From: Candidatus Wildermuthbacteria bacterium RIFCSPHIGHO2_02_FULL_45_25
Lineage (GTDB): Bacteria; Patescibacteriota; Minisyncoccia; Minisyncoccales; UBA10102
Reading direction: 5' to 3'
Length of the DNA: 44,017 nucleotides
Assembly (NCBI GenBank): GCA_001823215.1
Contig: MHTV01000045.1
Span: 1-44,017 of the forward strand
The position numbers were made by a program, and so were the translations under genes. Of this stretch, positions 26,273 through 35,639 are shown piece after piece. Under the pieces are notes generated by a model that made no database searches, was not told where the DNA came from, and was given only the letters and a program-made list of their open reading frames with translations. Position 1 is the first letter of the stretch. Each line of letters starts with the position of its first letter.

Positions 26273-27073
26273 TTAAAATTCGATCATCAGACGTTCTAAC
26301 GCCAACCGCGCATTGCTATTTGTCCTTGCAAGAATAGCTGAAACTTCCTGAATCGCTCGCACGGTTTTAAGCATTTTTGAAAGCGAGCTTCCATCCGCTT
26401 TTTCTTTTAGTGTATTCATGAGCGCCGCGCGCGCGGCATACAGCCATTTCTCCAGTTCTACTGAAATTCTTGAAGGATTTTCCGCAAGCTCTTTAGCCAC
26501 AACGAATCTTTCGTGCAAAGAAACCTGCTGTAGCTTCTGAAATTCTTCAAGCGACCGCGCTTGCTCCGGCCGCGCGGTAAAGTTCCAACAAGCCAATTGC
26601 TGCGCGCGGGAACGAATGGTATCTAACAGAACAAATTCATGCTTCGTAAGCAAAAGAAAAAGTACGGGGCCGCGCGGTTCTTCCAAAAGTTTCAAAAACG
26701 CAGACTGCGCCTCCACATTCATTGTATGCGCTTGCTCAACAATCGCAACCTGAAAAGGAGCATTCCACGCCGCCCTACTCAAGGACATCCCTAATTGGCG
26801 AATCTGGCCGATCTTTATTTCCGCCCTCCATTGACTTTCTTCTTCCGTCCCATGGGGAGCAACGCGATACAGATCGGGAAATCGGTTTCCATCAATTGCC
26901 AAACAACTCTCGCATTCTTTGCATGAATTTTCAGAACGTTTGGCGCAATTGATATATCGAACAAATTCCTGCGCGGACTCTTGCACTTTGTTCTCATCAT
27001 TCCCGCATAGAATATATGCGTGTGCCAACCTTTCCTTATCAAAAGCCCTTTTGAGATATTCTAACTCATTCAT
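26273..27073 (-). CDS. holB: DNA polymerase III delta-prime subunit
   Basis: AHAYILCG and the zinc module CKECESCLAIDGNRFPDLYRV, in an AAA+ clamp-loader layout. Confidence 0.75.
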   Translation of the reverse strand: MNELEYLKRAFDKERLAHAYILCGNDENKVQESAQEFVRYINCAKRSENSCKECESCLAIDGNRFPDLYRVAPHGTEEESQWRAEIKIGQIRQLGMSLSRAAWNAPFQVAIVEQAHTMNVEAQSAFLKLLEEPRGPVLFLLLTKHEFVLLDTIRSRAQQLACWNFTARPEQARSLEEFQKLQQVSLHERFVVAKELAENPSRISVELEKWLYAARAALMNTLKEKADGSSLSKMLKTVRAIQEVSAILARTNSNARLALERLMIEF

Positions 27074-27077
27074 CGGC

Positions 27078-28085
27078 TTATTTCTTGCTCATAATGCTTC
27101 TCTTATAGATGTCCAAACTATCCAGCACGATTCCCGCTCCCCTTACCACGCATGTGAGAGGATCTTCCGCGACAAAACATGGCACTCCGATTGACTGGGC
27201 AATCAACTGATCAATATTATGCAATAAAGATCCTCCGCCCGAAAGAATCATTCCTTTATCCATGACATCGGCTGAAAGCTCGGGAGGCGTATCCCGAAGA
27301 AGCGATTTCACCGTAAGCACAATTTCTTCCAGGGGCTCCACAATCGCTTGAGAGATTTCAGATGACGAAATCTTCATCGTGCGCGGTAATCCGTTTATCA
27401 AGTCTCTCCCGCGTATCTCCACAAATTTCTCTTCCCGGTCTGGAATCGCGGTTCCAATTTTGATCTTGATATCCTCCGCAGTTTGTTCGCCAATAGCAAG
27501 ATTATGCTTCTTTTTAATGTACTCTGAAATCGCTTGATCGAATTTGTCTCCTGCTACGCGCAGGGATGTGGCGACAACAATCCCGCCAAGCGAAATCACC
27601 GCCACTTCGGTCGTGCCTCCGCCGATATTCACGATCATGTGCCCCGAAGAAGAGTTAATCGGAATTCCGGCGCCCAGCGCGGCAAGAATGGGTTCCTTGG
27701 CTACATACGCTGCTTTTGCTCCCGCAGAATGAGTCGCTTCAATCACCGCGCGGCGTTCCGTGGATGTAATACCAGCCGGCACCGAAACCAACACTTCCGG
27801 TTTGAGAAATTGATAACGCGGGATAATTTTTTTAAGAAAATATCGAATCATCGCAAGCGTAACCCGAAAATCCGCAATCACCCCTTCTCTCATGGGACGA
27901 TATACGCGAATGGTATCGGGCGTGCGGCCGGTCATTTCTTTTGCTTCCTCCCCTACCGCAAGAATGCGATTGTCAGCTAGTGATACCGCCACTACGGAAG
28001 GTTCATTAAGAACAACACCCTTTTTGGGGATGAATACCAATGAGTTGCACGTTCCAAGATCAATTCCTATTTTTGTGATAAACAT
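27078..28085 (-). CDS. mreB: MreB/Mbl-family actin homolog (paralog 2)
   Basis: IGIDLGTCNSLVFIPKKGVVLNEPSVVAV, NIGGGTTEVAVISLGG, and ILSGGGSLL. Confidence 0.9.
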   Translation of the reverse strand: MFITKIGIDLGTCNSLVFIPKKGVVLNEPSVVAVSLADNRILAVGEEAKEMTGRTPDTIRVYRPMREGVIADFRVTLAMIRYFLKKIIPRYQFLKPEVLVSVPAGITSTERRAVIEATHSAGAKAAYVAKEPILAALGAGIPINSSSGHMIVNIGGGTTEVAVISLGGIVVATSLRVAGDKFDQAISEYIKKKHNLAIGEQTAEDIKIKIGTAIPDREEKFVEIRGRDLINGLPRTMKISSSEISQAIVEPLEEIVLTVKSLLRDTPPELSADVMDKGMILSGGGSLLHNIDQLIAQSIGVPCFVAEDPLTCVVRGAGIVLDSLDIYKRSIMSKK

Positions 28086-28126
28086 AAATTTTTTGAATTC
28101 AACTAAGGCATTGAATTTGTCCCTTT

Positions 28127-29404
28127 TTAATCAGATATTCTTTGAATATCCGCTCCTAACGCTTGTAGTCGCTCCTCGATATGTTCGTAGCCGCGATCCA
28201 CCTGATAAATGTTGTTGATGGCGCTTCTCCCTTTCGCGATTAACGCCGCCATAATCAGCGCGGCTCCCCCGCGCAAATCGAACGTGCCCAAATCGGTTCC
28301 ATATAGTTTCGCTGGGCCATTGATAATTGCTCGATGCGGATCGGTAAAGTAAATCTCCGCTCCCATTTTATTCAATTCCTCCAAATATCTCAATCTTCCT
28401 TCATACAAAGGATCGTGCAGCAGCGTGGAACCTCTCGACTGCGTTGCCAGCACGCCCAGAACGCTTTGCAAATCAGAATGAATCCCCGGGTAAATAAGAC
28501 TTTGAATCTTATCAATCTTCAATGCCCTGGTAGGACTGACATGCACATCCGCGCTCCCCCGTTTATTTGGAATAATCTCAAGTTGCGCTCCAAAATCTCT
28601 CAATTTTTTCAAAAAAAGTTCCAGAAACCGATATTCCACATTCTTCACCAGCACATCCCCTTTGGCCCCCACCGCCATAGCGATAAATGTGCCTGCTTCA
28701 ATCGGATCTGCCATTAATTGATGCGACGCTCCCGTGAGCTCCTGTTGCCCCTGAATGAGAAATTCGTGGCTTTGAGGAATCGTAATGCGCGATCCCATTT
28801 TTTTCAAAAACTTTACCAGCTCCTGCACTTGGTAATCCTGGTCCGCTATTTTTAGAACAATTTTTTCCGGACACGCGCTCGCATACAATAAAATGTTTTC
28901 AGTCGCCGTAACGGAAAATTCATTGAGAATTACTTCCTGACTTTGGATATGGGCTGGCGCCACAAGTTTGAAGCCGTCTTTGCGAGGAGTAATCTTTACC
29001 CCCAATTGAGCGAATGCGTCCAAATGAGTATCAATGGGACGAGCGCCAATCATGCAACCGCCGGGCTGCGGCAAATTGACCACCCCAAAACGCGCCAATA
29101 GAGGTCCGAACAATAACACTGCTCCACGAAACCGCAGAACAAGTCTTTTATTGATGGTCGCGGGATTCAAGTTGCGTGTATGAATGCTCACAACTCGCTC
29201 CCCTCGCCATTCCACTTGAGTGCCCATACTTTCGAGCAACTCAATCATGCGATACACGTCCTCGACGAGAGGAAGATTTTCAATTACGCAATCTTCTTTC
29301 GTAAGAATTGTGGCAGCCAAAATCGGAAACGCCGCATTTTTTGCGCCCCGAACTTCAATTTCTCCTTTAAGAGGTTTCCCACCATTGATAACAAATCGTT
29401 CCAT
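28127..29404 (-). CDS. murA: UDP-N-acetylglucosamine 1-carboxyvinyltransferase
   Basis: MERFVINGGKPLKGEIEVRGAKNAAFPILAA... The start is set at ATG 29404; the ORF track extends to 29503. Confidence 0.9.
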   Translation of the reverse strand: MERFVINGGKPLKGEIEVRGAKNAAFPILAATILTKEDCVIENLPLVEDVYRMIELLESMGTQVEWRGERVVSIHTRNLNPATINKRLVLRFRGAVLLFGPLLARFGVVNLPQPGGCMIGARPIDTHLDAFAQLGVKITPRKDGFKLVAPAHIQSQEVILNEFSVTATENILLYASACPEKIVLKIADQDYQVQELVKFLKKMGSRITIPQSHEFLIQGQQELTGASHQLMADPIEAGTFIAMAVGAKGDVLVKNVEYRFLELFLKKLRDFGAQLEIIPNKRGSADVHVSPTRALKIDKIQSLIYPGIHSDLQSVLGVLATQSRGSTLLHDPLYEGRLRYLEELNKMGAEIYFTDPHRAIINGPAKLYGTDLGTFDLRGGAALIMAALIAKGRSAINNIYQVDRGYEHIEERLQALGADIQRISD

Positions 29405-29514
29405 TAAAATAGTTTGACAGCACTTGTATTGTACTTGATTTTTCCTATTCTTGCAAATTCGATGCAGGAAGTAGAGTATCCCCTTTTTTCTGCACAGAGC
29501 CATTACCTTATCTG

Positions 29515-30753
29515 CTATCCAAAATTTCTTTTCCCCAAGAAAAAAGCTGCGATCACCGTACCCCCCACCAGCATTCCAGCTCCCATAAATACAGAGCCGA
29601 ATCCCCAGACTCCTATCATAAGTCCTGCGGCCAAAGAACCGAAAGCCGAAGCCAATGGGGCAAAAATGGTATCCAAAGCGCCCGCCTCTTCAGGATACGC
29701 GAAAAATCGTTTGGACAACAATCCCGATTTTCCTGATCCCACCATCATTCCGCCAGCTCCGTGAAGCAACGTAATAATCAATACGCTTACGAAGTTCAAA
29801 AGAGGAGCAAAAAATACTCCAAATCCCAGCAGAATTGTCGTAAGCGAAAATATACCTCCGCCTTCTCGTATCGCTTGAACGCTGGATTCGCGACCAAGCC
29901 GTTTAATAACCAATAAGGAAAACAAGGCAAATGCAATAGAAGAAATTGTGCCGTACAGAAGAATGCTCTGCTCTTGCCATCCTTCCTCCCGCAGGAATAC
30001 AAAGAAAAATGAGCGATAGATTCCTGTTACAAACAAAGTCGCGAGCGATACAGCCAGCGCGGCAAGCATCATTCGATGAGCCAGACCCTTCCCCATCTCT
30101 TTGAAATTTCCGGCCATCTGACGTATGTTCGTATGATCTTTCAATACTTTCGCTTTCGCGTATAATCTCCACGCCACAAATATCACGTTGAGAACGTGCG
30201 CGATAAGACTCGCCAGAAATACCAAATAAAAATTTCCAAACCAGATAAGCAGCGCTCCAAGGGCAGGAGCAAGAATATCCACATACAAAGAAGATGAGTA
30301 AAACCAACCAAACGAGCGATTTGGATTTTTCAGATGAAAACCCATGAGCATTGCCCTGCTTGAGACAAAATAGCAGGCCGCGGCGATGCCAAGCATTACC
30401 TGCAGCAAAAGAAATATCCAAAAATCCCACGCAAACAGCATGCTCAACGCATAGCACGCGTATCCGGCAATTCCTATGATTGTCAGTAATGCGGGATTGA
30501 TCTTATGATTTAAAAATCCGACAAAGGGAGCCGCCAATGCAATCGGCAAATAAATAAACAGATAGACATATCCGATCTGGGGAACCGAATATCCCTTCTC
30601 GATCAGGAAGAGAGGAAAATAAAAAGAGAACATCCTGTATCCGAACATTAAAAGAAAATGCGAAATTGACGTATCTCGCGTAATTTGATCAATCTGCGGA
30701 AGAATTCGTTGAATCATATCGTATGCGATAAAGCGTATATCCATCTGAAACAA
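29515..30753 (-). CDS. MFS-type transporter
   Basis: About 12 predicted TM segments and a motif-A-like LVIKRLGRES in the second half. The start is ambiguous (ATG 30753, 30744 or 30717) and overlaps the upstream gene's end. Confidence 0.65.
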   Translation of the reverse strand: MFQMDIRFIAYDMIQRILPQIDQITRDTSISHFLLMFGYRMFSFYFPLFLIEKGYSVPQIGYVYLFIYLPIALAAPFVGFLNHKINPALLTIIGIAGYACYALSMLFAWDFWIFLLLQVMLGIAAACYFVSSRAMLMGFHLKNPNRSFGWFYSSSLYVDILAPALGALLIWFGNFYLVFLASLIAHVLNVIFVAWRLYAKAKVLKDHTNIRQMAGNFKEMGKGLAHRMMLAALAVSLATLFVTGIYRSFFFVFLREEGWQEQSILLYGTISSIAFALFSLLVIKRLGRESSVQAIREGGGIFSLTTILLGFGVFFAPLLNFVSVLIITLLHGAGGMMVGSGKSGLLSKRFFAYPEEAGALDTIFAPLASAFGSLAAGLMIGVWGFGSVFMGAGMLVGGTVIAAFFLGKRNFG

Positions 30754-32590
30754 AAACCGTTTCCCATGTTTCGGGTATACTTATTTGGGTAAAATGCTTC
30801 GCCTCCGCAGGGCCTACAAGAACATAATCTGGCTTTGGTTCCAAATCTTCGGGAACTTGTCCGAGATACAACTGCGCGAGAATATTCTGACGCGGAACAT
30901 AATCTAACCCATGACTCCAAATATGACCGGGATACCCCAAAAATTGATATCGCCCGGACAAAGCAACCGCAGTATTATGCAAAGGGGCGGTAACAATGAT
31001 TTCGCCTGGTTTGGTATATTGCCGGATATTTGCCGCCACTTGTATCGCAGGTCTATCCCATTCCACCCATGTTTCATTGGTAGCAAGCGCAAGCCGCCAT
31101 ATATCAAGCCCACCGGAAATACATTGGAATACTATCATCGCCACCGCCCCCATTCGTATTGCCCAATGATATTTTGGCCAAACCATCCATCGCACAAGAA
31201 GCCATGAAACCAAGGGAATGCCAAACAGGAAGAAAAAAATGAGGACTTTGATATTATCCCATGCCCAGGGAGCAAAGACAAAAAGGTTTCCCCCCACGAA
31301 CCAGCCAATACCGGCGAGCGCAAGAATCATCAGAGCGCGCGGCGGCCGGAATAAAAGCCCAACAAGCAAAAGAGGCATAAACAAACCAGTGTTTTTGAAC
31401 CAAAATTTCATAAACGCTTCTCCTCCCTTCGTCCACCCTGGCTCGAAATGGAAAAAAGATTGAGCGGAAAGTTGCTGGGAAGCGTAATAAAGTATTTCTG
31501 GCACGCCCAACGCGAAAGCCGGAATGAAAAAAAACATCCATTCTCTTCTTGGCCGCGCAAGAAAAAAAAGAACAACAACCGGGGCAATGGCAAGCGCGGT
31601 ATGTGCGTGGAAAAGCGGCAGAAGCCCCGCAAGGATACCAGCTCCCGCATAGAAAAATTTGCGGCGCTTGCCATCAGCGGACATCATGAGGAAACAAATT
31701 GCAATGCTTATGGGAAATCCGAACAAGAACGCGCGCTGGGGCAACAACAGCGCCAAAACCGGATTCATGAAATGGTATTGTTCCTTATCGCTGGAAAAAC
31801 CCGCGTAATCTCTCGGAAGATGAGTAACAAACTCGATCACCGGCTCGTCGCTTTGTTTCCAGTCCTGGGCAATACGGGTAAACCCAAGCGTTGCTCCCCC
31901 AAAAAGAAAAAGTGCGATTGCGAGGCACCCTGCTATTTTTGAATACTTCTTTCCCAGTGAACTGACGCTTCCATCGGATACCAGAGCATATACAAAGAAA
32001 AAAAACATCGAAATCAACAGAACCGCGGGAAGAATCATACTCGCTGAAAGCGAAAGACCCAGTCTCATCAATGTAGCGCTCCAAAAATCCGAAAGAAATG
32101 GATAGATAAGTTTTTCTCCGGGATAAATGGGATTTTGCGGCGGGAACTGCTGTCCTTCCTCAAACGCAGTAATATTTGCCGCATGCCAAGCCAAATCTCC
32201 ATACGCATTCAACACGCCGGTGTGCAAAGCTCCCTCTTTCTCAAAGATAAGATTTGAAGAAAGCAGCAAAGCAAAAAGCAGTACGCATACGGAAAGCAAC
32301 AGCCCGACTCGGTCGAGAGATAAGTGTCCCCATGAACGCCATGCATTTGTTTTCCACAGCAGGCCTAATCCCGCCAAACCAAAAAGACAAGCTTGTCCAT
32401 ACATTATGAAAGAAGAAATTCCCAAAAGACCAACCGTAAGAAAAGTGATAGAAATACCAATAACCAAACCAAAAAGCAGACTCGACCACAGAGATCTCAT
32501 TTTTTCCGTTGCAAGACAAAGCATGCGCTCCACGCCAAAACCAAATATCCCATACGCCAATATAATACCTAAAACGGAAATAAGCGCCAT
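30689..32590 (-). CDS. Large polytopic membrane protein, possibly a GT-C-fold glycosyltransferase
   Basis: 633 aa with more than 12 hydrophobic segments and a soluble C-terminal domain of about 110 aa. The resemblance to ArnT/PMT-like enzymes is by architecture only. Confidence 0.4.
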   Translation of the reverse strand: MALISVLGIILAYGIFGFGVERMLCLATEKMRSLWSSLLFGLVIGISITFLTVGLLGISSFIMYGQACLFGLAGLGLLWKTNAWRSWGHLSLDRVGLLLSVCVLLFALLLSSNLIFEKEGALHTGVLNAYGDLAWHAANITAFEEGQQFPPQNPIYPGEKLIYPFLSDFWSATLMRLGLSLSASMILPAVLLISMFFFFVYALVSDGSVSSLGKKYSKIAGCLAIALFLFGGATLGFTRIAQDWKQSDEPVIEFVTHLPRDYAGFSSDKEQYHFMNPVLALLLPQRAFLFGFPISIAICFLMMSADGKRRKFFYAGAGILAGLLPLFHAHTALAIAPVVVLFFLARPRREWMFFFIPAFALGVPEILYYASQQLSAQSFFHFEPGWTKGGEAFMKFWFKNTGLFMPLLLVGLLFRPPRALMILALAGIGWFVGGNLFVFAPWAWDNIKVLIFFFLFGIPLVSWLLVRWMVWPKYHWAIRMGAVAMIVFQCISGGLDIWRLALATNETWVEWDRPAIQVAANIRQYTKPGEIIVTAPLHNTAVALSGRYQFLGYPGHIWSHGLDYVPRQNILAQLYLGQVPEDLEPKPDYVLVGPAEAKHFTQISIPETWETVFVSDGYTLYRIRYDSTNSSAD

Positions 32591-32693
32591 ACATTCATGC
32601 TACAATTCATCGTGAATAAATTTGGATTGCGAAACTCCGTGGAGGGCATACCTTTTGTCCGTCCGCTAACCGGCGGACGAATTGTTCTCCTCA

Positions 32694-32722
32694 TTGAAAA
32701 AATACGCTTTTCCCCCTATACT
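32694..32722 (+). promoter_or_regulatory. Sigma-70-type promoter (TTGAAA-17 nt-TATACT), 8 nt from the ATG
   Basis: TTGAAA at 32694-32699, TATACT at 32717-32722, ATG at 32731. Confidence 0.5.
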
Positions 32723-32730
32723 TTACAGTA

Positions 32731-34140
32731 ATGACCAAGCGTACTCGCACATTGCTTTTTTTCTTTTTGGGATTTCTGTTTCTTTGTTCGACTCCGTTGC
32801 TGATTCTCTACTCGCAAGGATACCGCATTGATTGGAATTCCAGAACGATTGGGCAAATCGGAGCAATCCATTTCCATATTGATCCCGCCCGCGCTGATAT
32901 TCTCATTGACCAGCAACACCGCGATCGAACGTTGCCGTTGGTAAACACCGCATTCATTCAAAATCTTGTCCCTCAAACGTATCATGCGCAAGTTGTGAAG
33001 GAAGGATATCACTCATGGGAAAAAGATTTGGAAGTAACGCCACGGCAAGTTACCGAGGCAAACAATATCCTCCTTTTGCCAAAGAACATCAACTTTAAGG
33101 CGGTTGCCGGAAATGTTATGCAGTGGTGGCAATCGCCCAATCACGCTTATGCCATCGTACAAGAACAATTGCCCAACAACAAGTGGAGATTACTGATTCT
33201 TTCGTACGACAACGAAACGCTCAAACCTTTCTATGACCAAAAATCTTTTACGGAAACCGTGGGAGACATCAAATGGAATATCCAATCCAGCGAATTTCTC
33301 GCACAAATCCAATCGCGCGAACAAACAGCTCTTTATCTTTGGGAAACATCCAAGACGCTTTCCCAAAATTCTTCTCCCGCTCCTCCCCCCGCAAGTCCCA
33401 TTATATCAAGCGCGCAAGATATCAGCCATCTTGACTTTTCTCCCCGAACAAATTCCTTGATTCTTTTACGGTATGAGGAACAGGGCAACGAACTTCTCCA
33501 GATTCAATATGATGCAGGAAAAATCAGCCAAACGGAAATGCTCGCTTCCAATGTCCTTGCGTTCACAGTTTCTGGAACCCATATTCTTTGGATTGATGGC
33601 GAAGGCCGTATATGGGATCAAAACGACCGTGCTCAAACTCCTGAATCCGTGAATATCACTGTTTTTCCCATCGATCCGGAACTCCCTTATCAATTATATT
33701 ATTTTGGCGGAAAGGTTTTTCTCCAGGAAAATCGACGACTTTTTATCTTAAACGACTCCCGCGTTTTTGAAGAATTATTCCCTCTGGTGGATACAATCGC
33801 GCTAAGCCCGGACGGTAAGAAATTAGCGTTTGCGCAAGGATCGGAATCATGGCTGTATTTTCTTTCAGACGAACTCGATCAGCCCAAACATAGCCGCGGC
33901 GAGAAAGTTTTTCTTACCAGATTCAGTCAGCCCATTTCTGATCTTTCATGGCTTAATTCTCACTATCTTATCTTTCGAATATCTGATGAAATTAAAGCCA
34001 TGGAAATTGATACTCGAGACAACATCAATACTGTAACTCTCCTACACTTTATTTCCCCCTCCTTTCGCTTTAATCCGGCAACCAAATTTCTTTCTATCTA
34101 CAGCGAAAAAAAACTTTTTGTAACAGAAAAGCTTTTCTAG
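32731..34140 (+). CDS. Membrane-anchored PEGA-domain protein with a beta-propeller-like C-terminal region
   Basis: N-terminal TM segment; PEGA-like segment (ADILIDQQ...TYHAQVVKEGYHSWEKDLEVTP); TolB-like LSPDGKKLAF repeat signature. Confidence 0.55.
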   Translation: MTKRTRTLLFFFLGFLFLCSTPLLILYSQGYRIDWNSRTIGQIGAIHFHIDPARADILIDQQHRDRTLPLVNTAFIQNLVPQTYHAQVVKEGYHSWEKDLEVTPRQVTEANNILLLPKNINFKAVAGNVMQWWQSPNHAYAIVQEQLPNNKWRLLILSYDNETLKPFYDQKSFTETVGDIKWNIQSSEFLAQIQSREQTALYLWETSKTLSQNSSPAPPPASPIISSAQDISHLDFSPRTNSLILLRYEEQGNELLQIQYDAGKISQTEMLASNVLAFTVSGTHILWIDGEGRIWDQNDRAQTPESVNITVFPIDPELPYQLYYFGGKVFLQENRRLFILNDSRVFEELFPLVDTIALSPDGKKLAFAQGSESWLYFLSDELDQPKHSRGEKVFLTRFSQPISDLSWLNSHYLIFRISDEIKAMEIDTRDNINTVTLLHFISPSFRFNPATKFLSIYSEKKLFVTEKLF

Positions 34141-34155
34141 CTCAATTCACAAATA

Positions 34156-34180
34156 AAAGAACTCCTTTGAGGAGTTCTTT
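34156..34180. terminator. Bidirectional terminator hairpin
   Basis: AAAGAACTCC-TTTGA-GGAGTTCTTT, a 10-bp stem between convergent genes. Confidence 0.6.
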
Positions 34181-34197
34181 GAGTATAAAAATGTAGA

Positions 34198-34398
34198 TTA
34201 TACCTTACCGCGCCTTCGACGGTTACAATAATCCCCACCTCCTAGAATGTGCCAAGGTTGCGGCCCTCTGGAACATACCGTATTCATGCCATGGCCATGC
34301 CCAGCAGATGGCGCCAGTATGGGGTTATGCCAGCCAATGGAACACAACATACGGCCGCGCCGATTCCATACCGATCGAATTGACCTCAAAATTTTCAT
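34198..34398 (-). CDS. Orphan small gene: 66-aa very basic Trp/His/Gly/Cys-rich peptide (could alternatively be an ncRNA)
   Basis: It has its own extended -10 (TGTTATACT, 34440-34432), a Shine-Dalgarno sequence AAAGGAAAGG 7-8 nt before ATG 34398, and terminators on both sides. Product: MKILRSIRSVWNRRGRMLCSIGWHNPILAPSAGHGHGMNTVCSRGPQPWHILGGGDYCNRRRRGKV. Confidence 0.4.
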   Translation of the reverse strand: MKILRSIRSVWNRRGRMLCSIGWHNPILAPSAGHGHGMNTVCSRGPQPWHILGGGDYCNRRRRGKV

Positions 34399-34439
34399 GC
34401 CATCACCTTTCCTTTGACTGCATCTAACATGAGTATAAC

Positions 34440-34485
34440 AAAAAATCACCTTATCTACCAAAAGGGGAAGCAAAGGCGATTTTTT
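34440..34485 (-). terminator. Terminator after rpsI
   Basis: Minus strand reads AAAAAATCGCCTT-(20-nt loop)-AAGGTGATTTTTT (13 bp including one G-U), followed by GTT. Confidence 0.5.
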
Positions 34486-34514
34486 GTATATTAGATTGTC
34501 TGACTAGATGGGAA

Positions 34515-34925
34515 TTATCTCTTTCTCCACTGCCTAGCTCGTCGAGCGCGTTTCTTCCCAAATTTCTTGCGTTCGCGCATACGAGAGTCTCGCGTCAAAA
34601 ATCCCAATGCTTTCAATTGCGGCCGCAAGCCAGCTTCGATTTTCTCTAAAGCCCTTGCAATCCCCTGCCGAATCGCGGTCGCTTGAGCGTGAAGCCCACC
34701 TCCTTTTACCGCTACCGTTACTTCCATTTCGCGGTCAGGAGAACTTTTCTCTACGGCTTCCGTTGCAATACGCTGATATTCCCGCTCTCCGAAATATTGT
34801 TCCAACGGCTTTTCGTTTACGACAAAAGCTTTTTTCTTTCCTTGCCAAAGCCGCACTCTTGCAATAGCAGTTTTTCTTCTCCCCACGGCTTCCACATATT
34901 GTTCTTTGTTTGGTGTAACAGGCAT
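34515..34925 (-). CDS. rpsI: 30S ribosomal protein S9
   Basis: GRRKTAIARV... with a C-terminal KKRARRARQWRKR. Confidence 0.95.
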   Translation of the reverse strand: MPVTPNKEQYVEAVGRRKTAIARVRLWQGKKKAFVVNEKPLEQYFGEREYQRIATEAVEKSSPDREMEVTVAVKGGGLHAQATAIRQGIARALEKIEAGLRPQLKALGFLTRDSRMRERKKFGKKRARRARQWRKR

Positions 34926-34928
34926 AGA

Positions 34929-35276
34929 TTATTCAAACCGTAAACGTTTGATCTGCTGATTTCTCAATTTATTTTTTGGGAGCATTCCCATTACCGCTTT
35001 TCGCAACGCTTCTCCGGGAGTTTCTTGCATCATTTTTCCAAGCGTCTTCTCTTTCAACCCTCCTAAATATCCTGAATGATGCCGATACATTTTTTGCGTC
35101 AGTTTTTGTCCGGTTATGCGTATCTGCTTGATATTCGTTACCACCACTTCGTCTCCCATATCCAAATAAGGGACATAATCTGGCCGTTGTCGTCCGCGCA
35201 ATAATTCAGATACTTGCACCGCCAACCGGCCCAAGGGCTTATTTGTCGCATCAATTGTATGGATTTGCTTTTTCAT
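34929..35276 (-). CDS. rplM: 50S ribosomal protein L13
   Basis: IDATNKPLGRLA...YRHHSGYLGG. The start is set at ATG 35276, after the rplQ stop. Confidence 0.9.
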   Translation of the reverse strand: MKKQIHTIDATNKPLGRLAVQVSELLRGRQRPDYVPYLDMGDEVVVTNIKQIRITGQKLTQKMYRHHSGYLGGLKEKTLGKMMQETPGEALRKAVMGMLPKNKLRNQQIKRLRFE

Positions 35277-35280
35277 ACGT

Positions 35281-35631
35281 TTATTCCACAAATTCAAGAA
35301 TGGCCATTCTCGCTCCATCGGTATTGCGAGGTCCCAATTTCACAACTCGCGTATACCCTCCCGCCCGAGCTTGAAATCGTGGAGTAACTGTTTCTACAAA
35401 TTTCTTCACAATAGGAGAATCAAAATAAACCAAAAGCTCGCGTCTCGCGTGCAAATCGCCTTTCTTCGCTTTTGTAACAAGCTTCTCAACAAACCTGGCA
35501 ACTTCTTTTGCTTTTGCCTCGGTTGTCATGATCTTTTCTTTTTCAATAAGCGCGCGCGCGACCGAAACAATAAGCGCGTTTCGCACCCCTGCTTTTCTTG
35601 AAAATGTTCTTCCCTTGACGCGCTTTTTCAT
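35281..35631 (-). CDS. rplQ: 50S ribosomal protein L17
   Basis: LIEKEKIMTTEAKAKEVARFVEKLVTKAKK...GGYTRVVKLGPR. Confidence 0.9.
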   Translation of the reverse strand: MKKRVKGRTFSRKAGVRNALIVSVARALIEKEKIMTTEAKAKEVARFVEKLVTKAKKGDLHARRELLVYFDSPIVKKFVETVTPRFQARAGGYTRVVKLGPRNTDGARMAILEFVE

Positions 35632-35639
35632 ACGTTATC

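Noticed and set aside
34198-34473. The 91-aa version of the small ORF
   Set aside because: The upstream 25 codons overlap the rpsI terminator and the -10 element. The Shine-Dalgarno sequence precedes the internal ATG at 34398, so only the 66-codon version is plausible.
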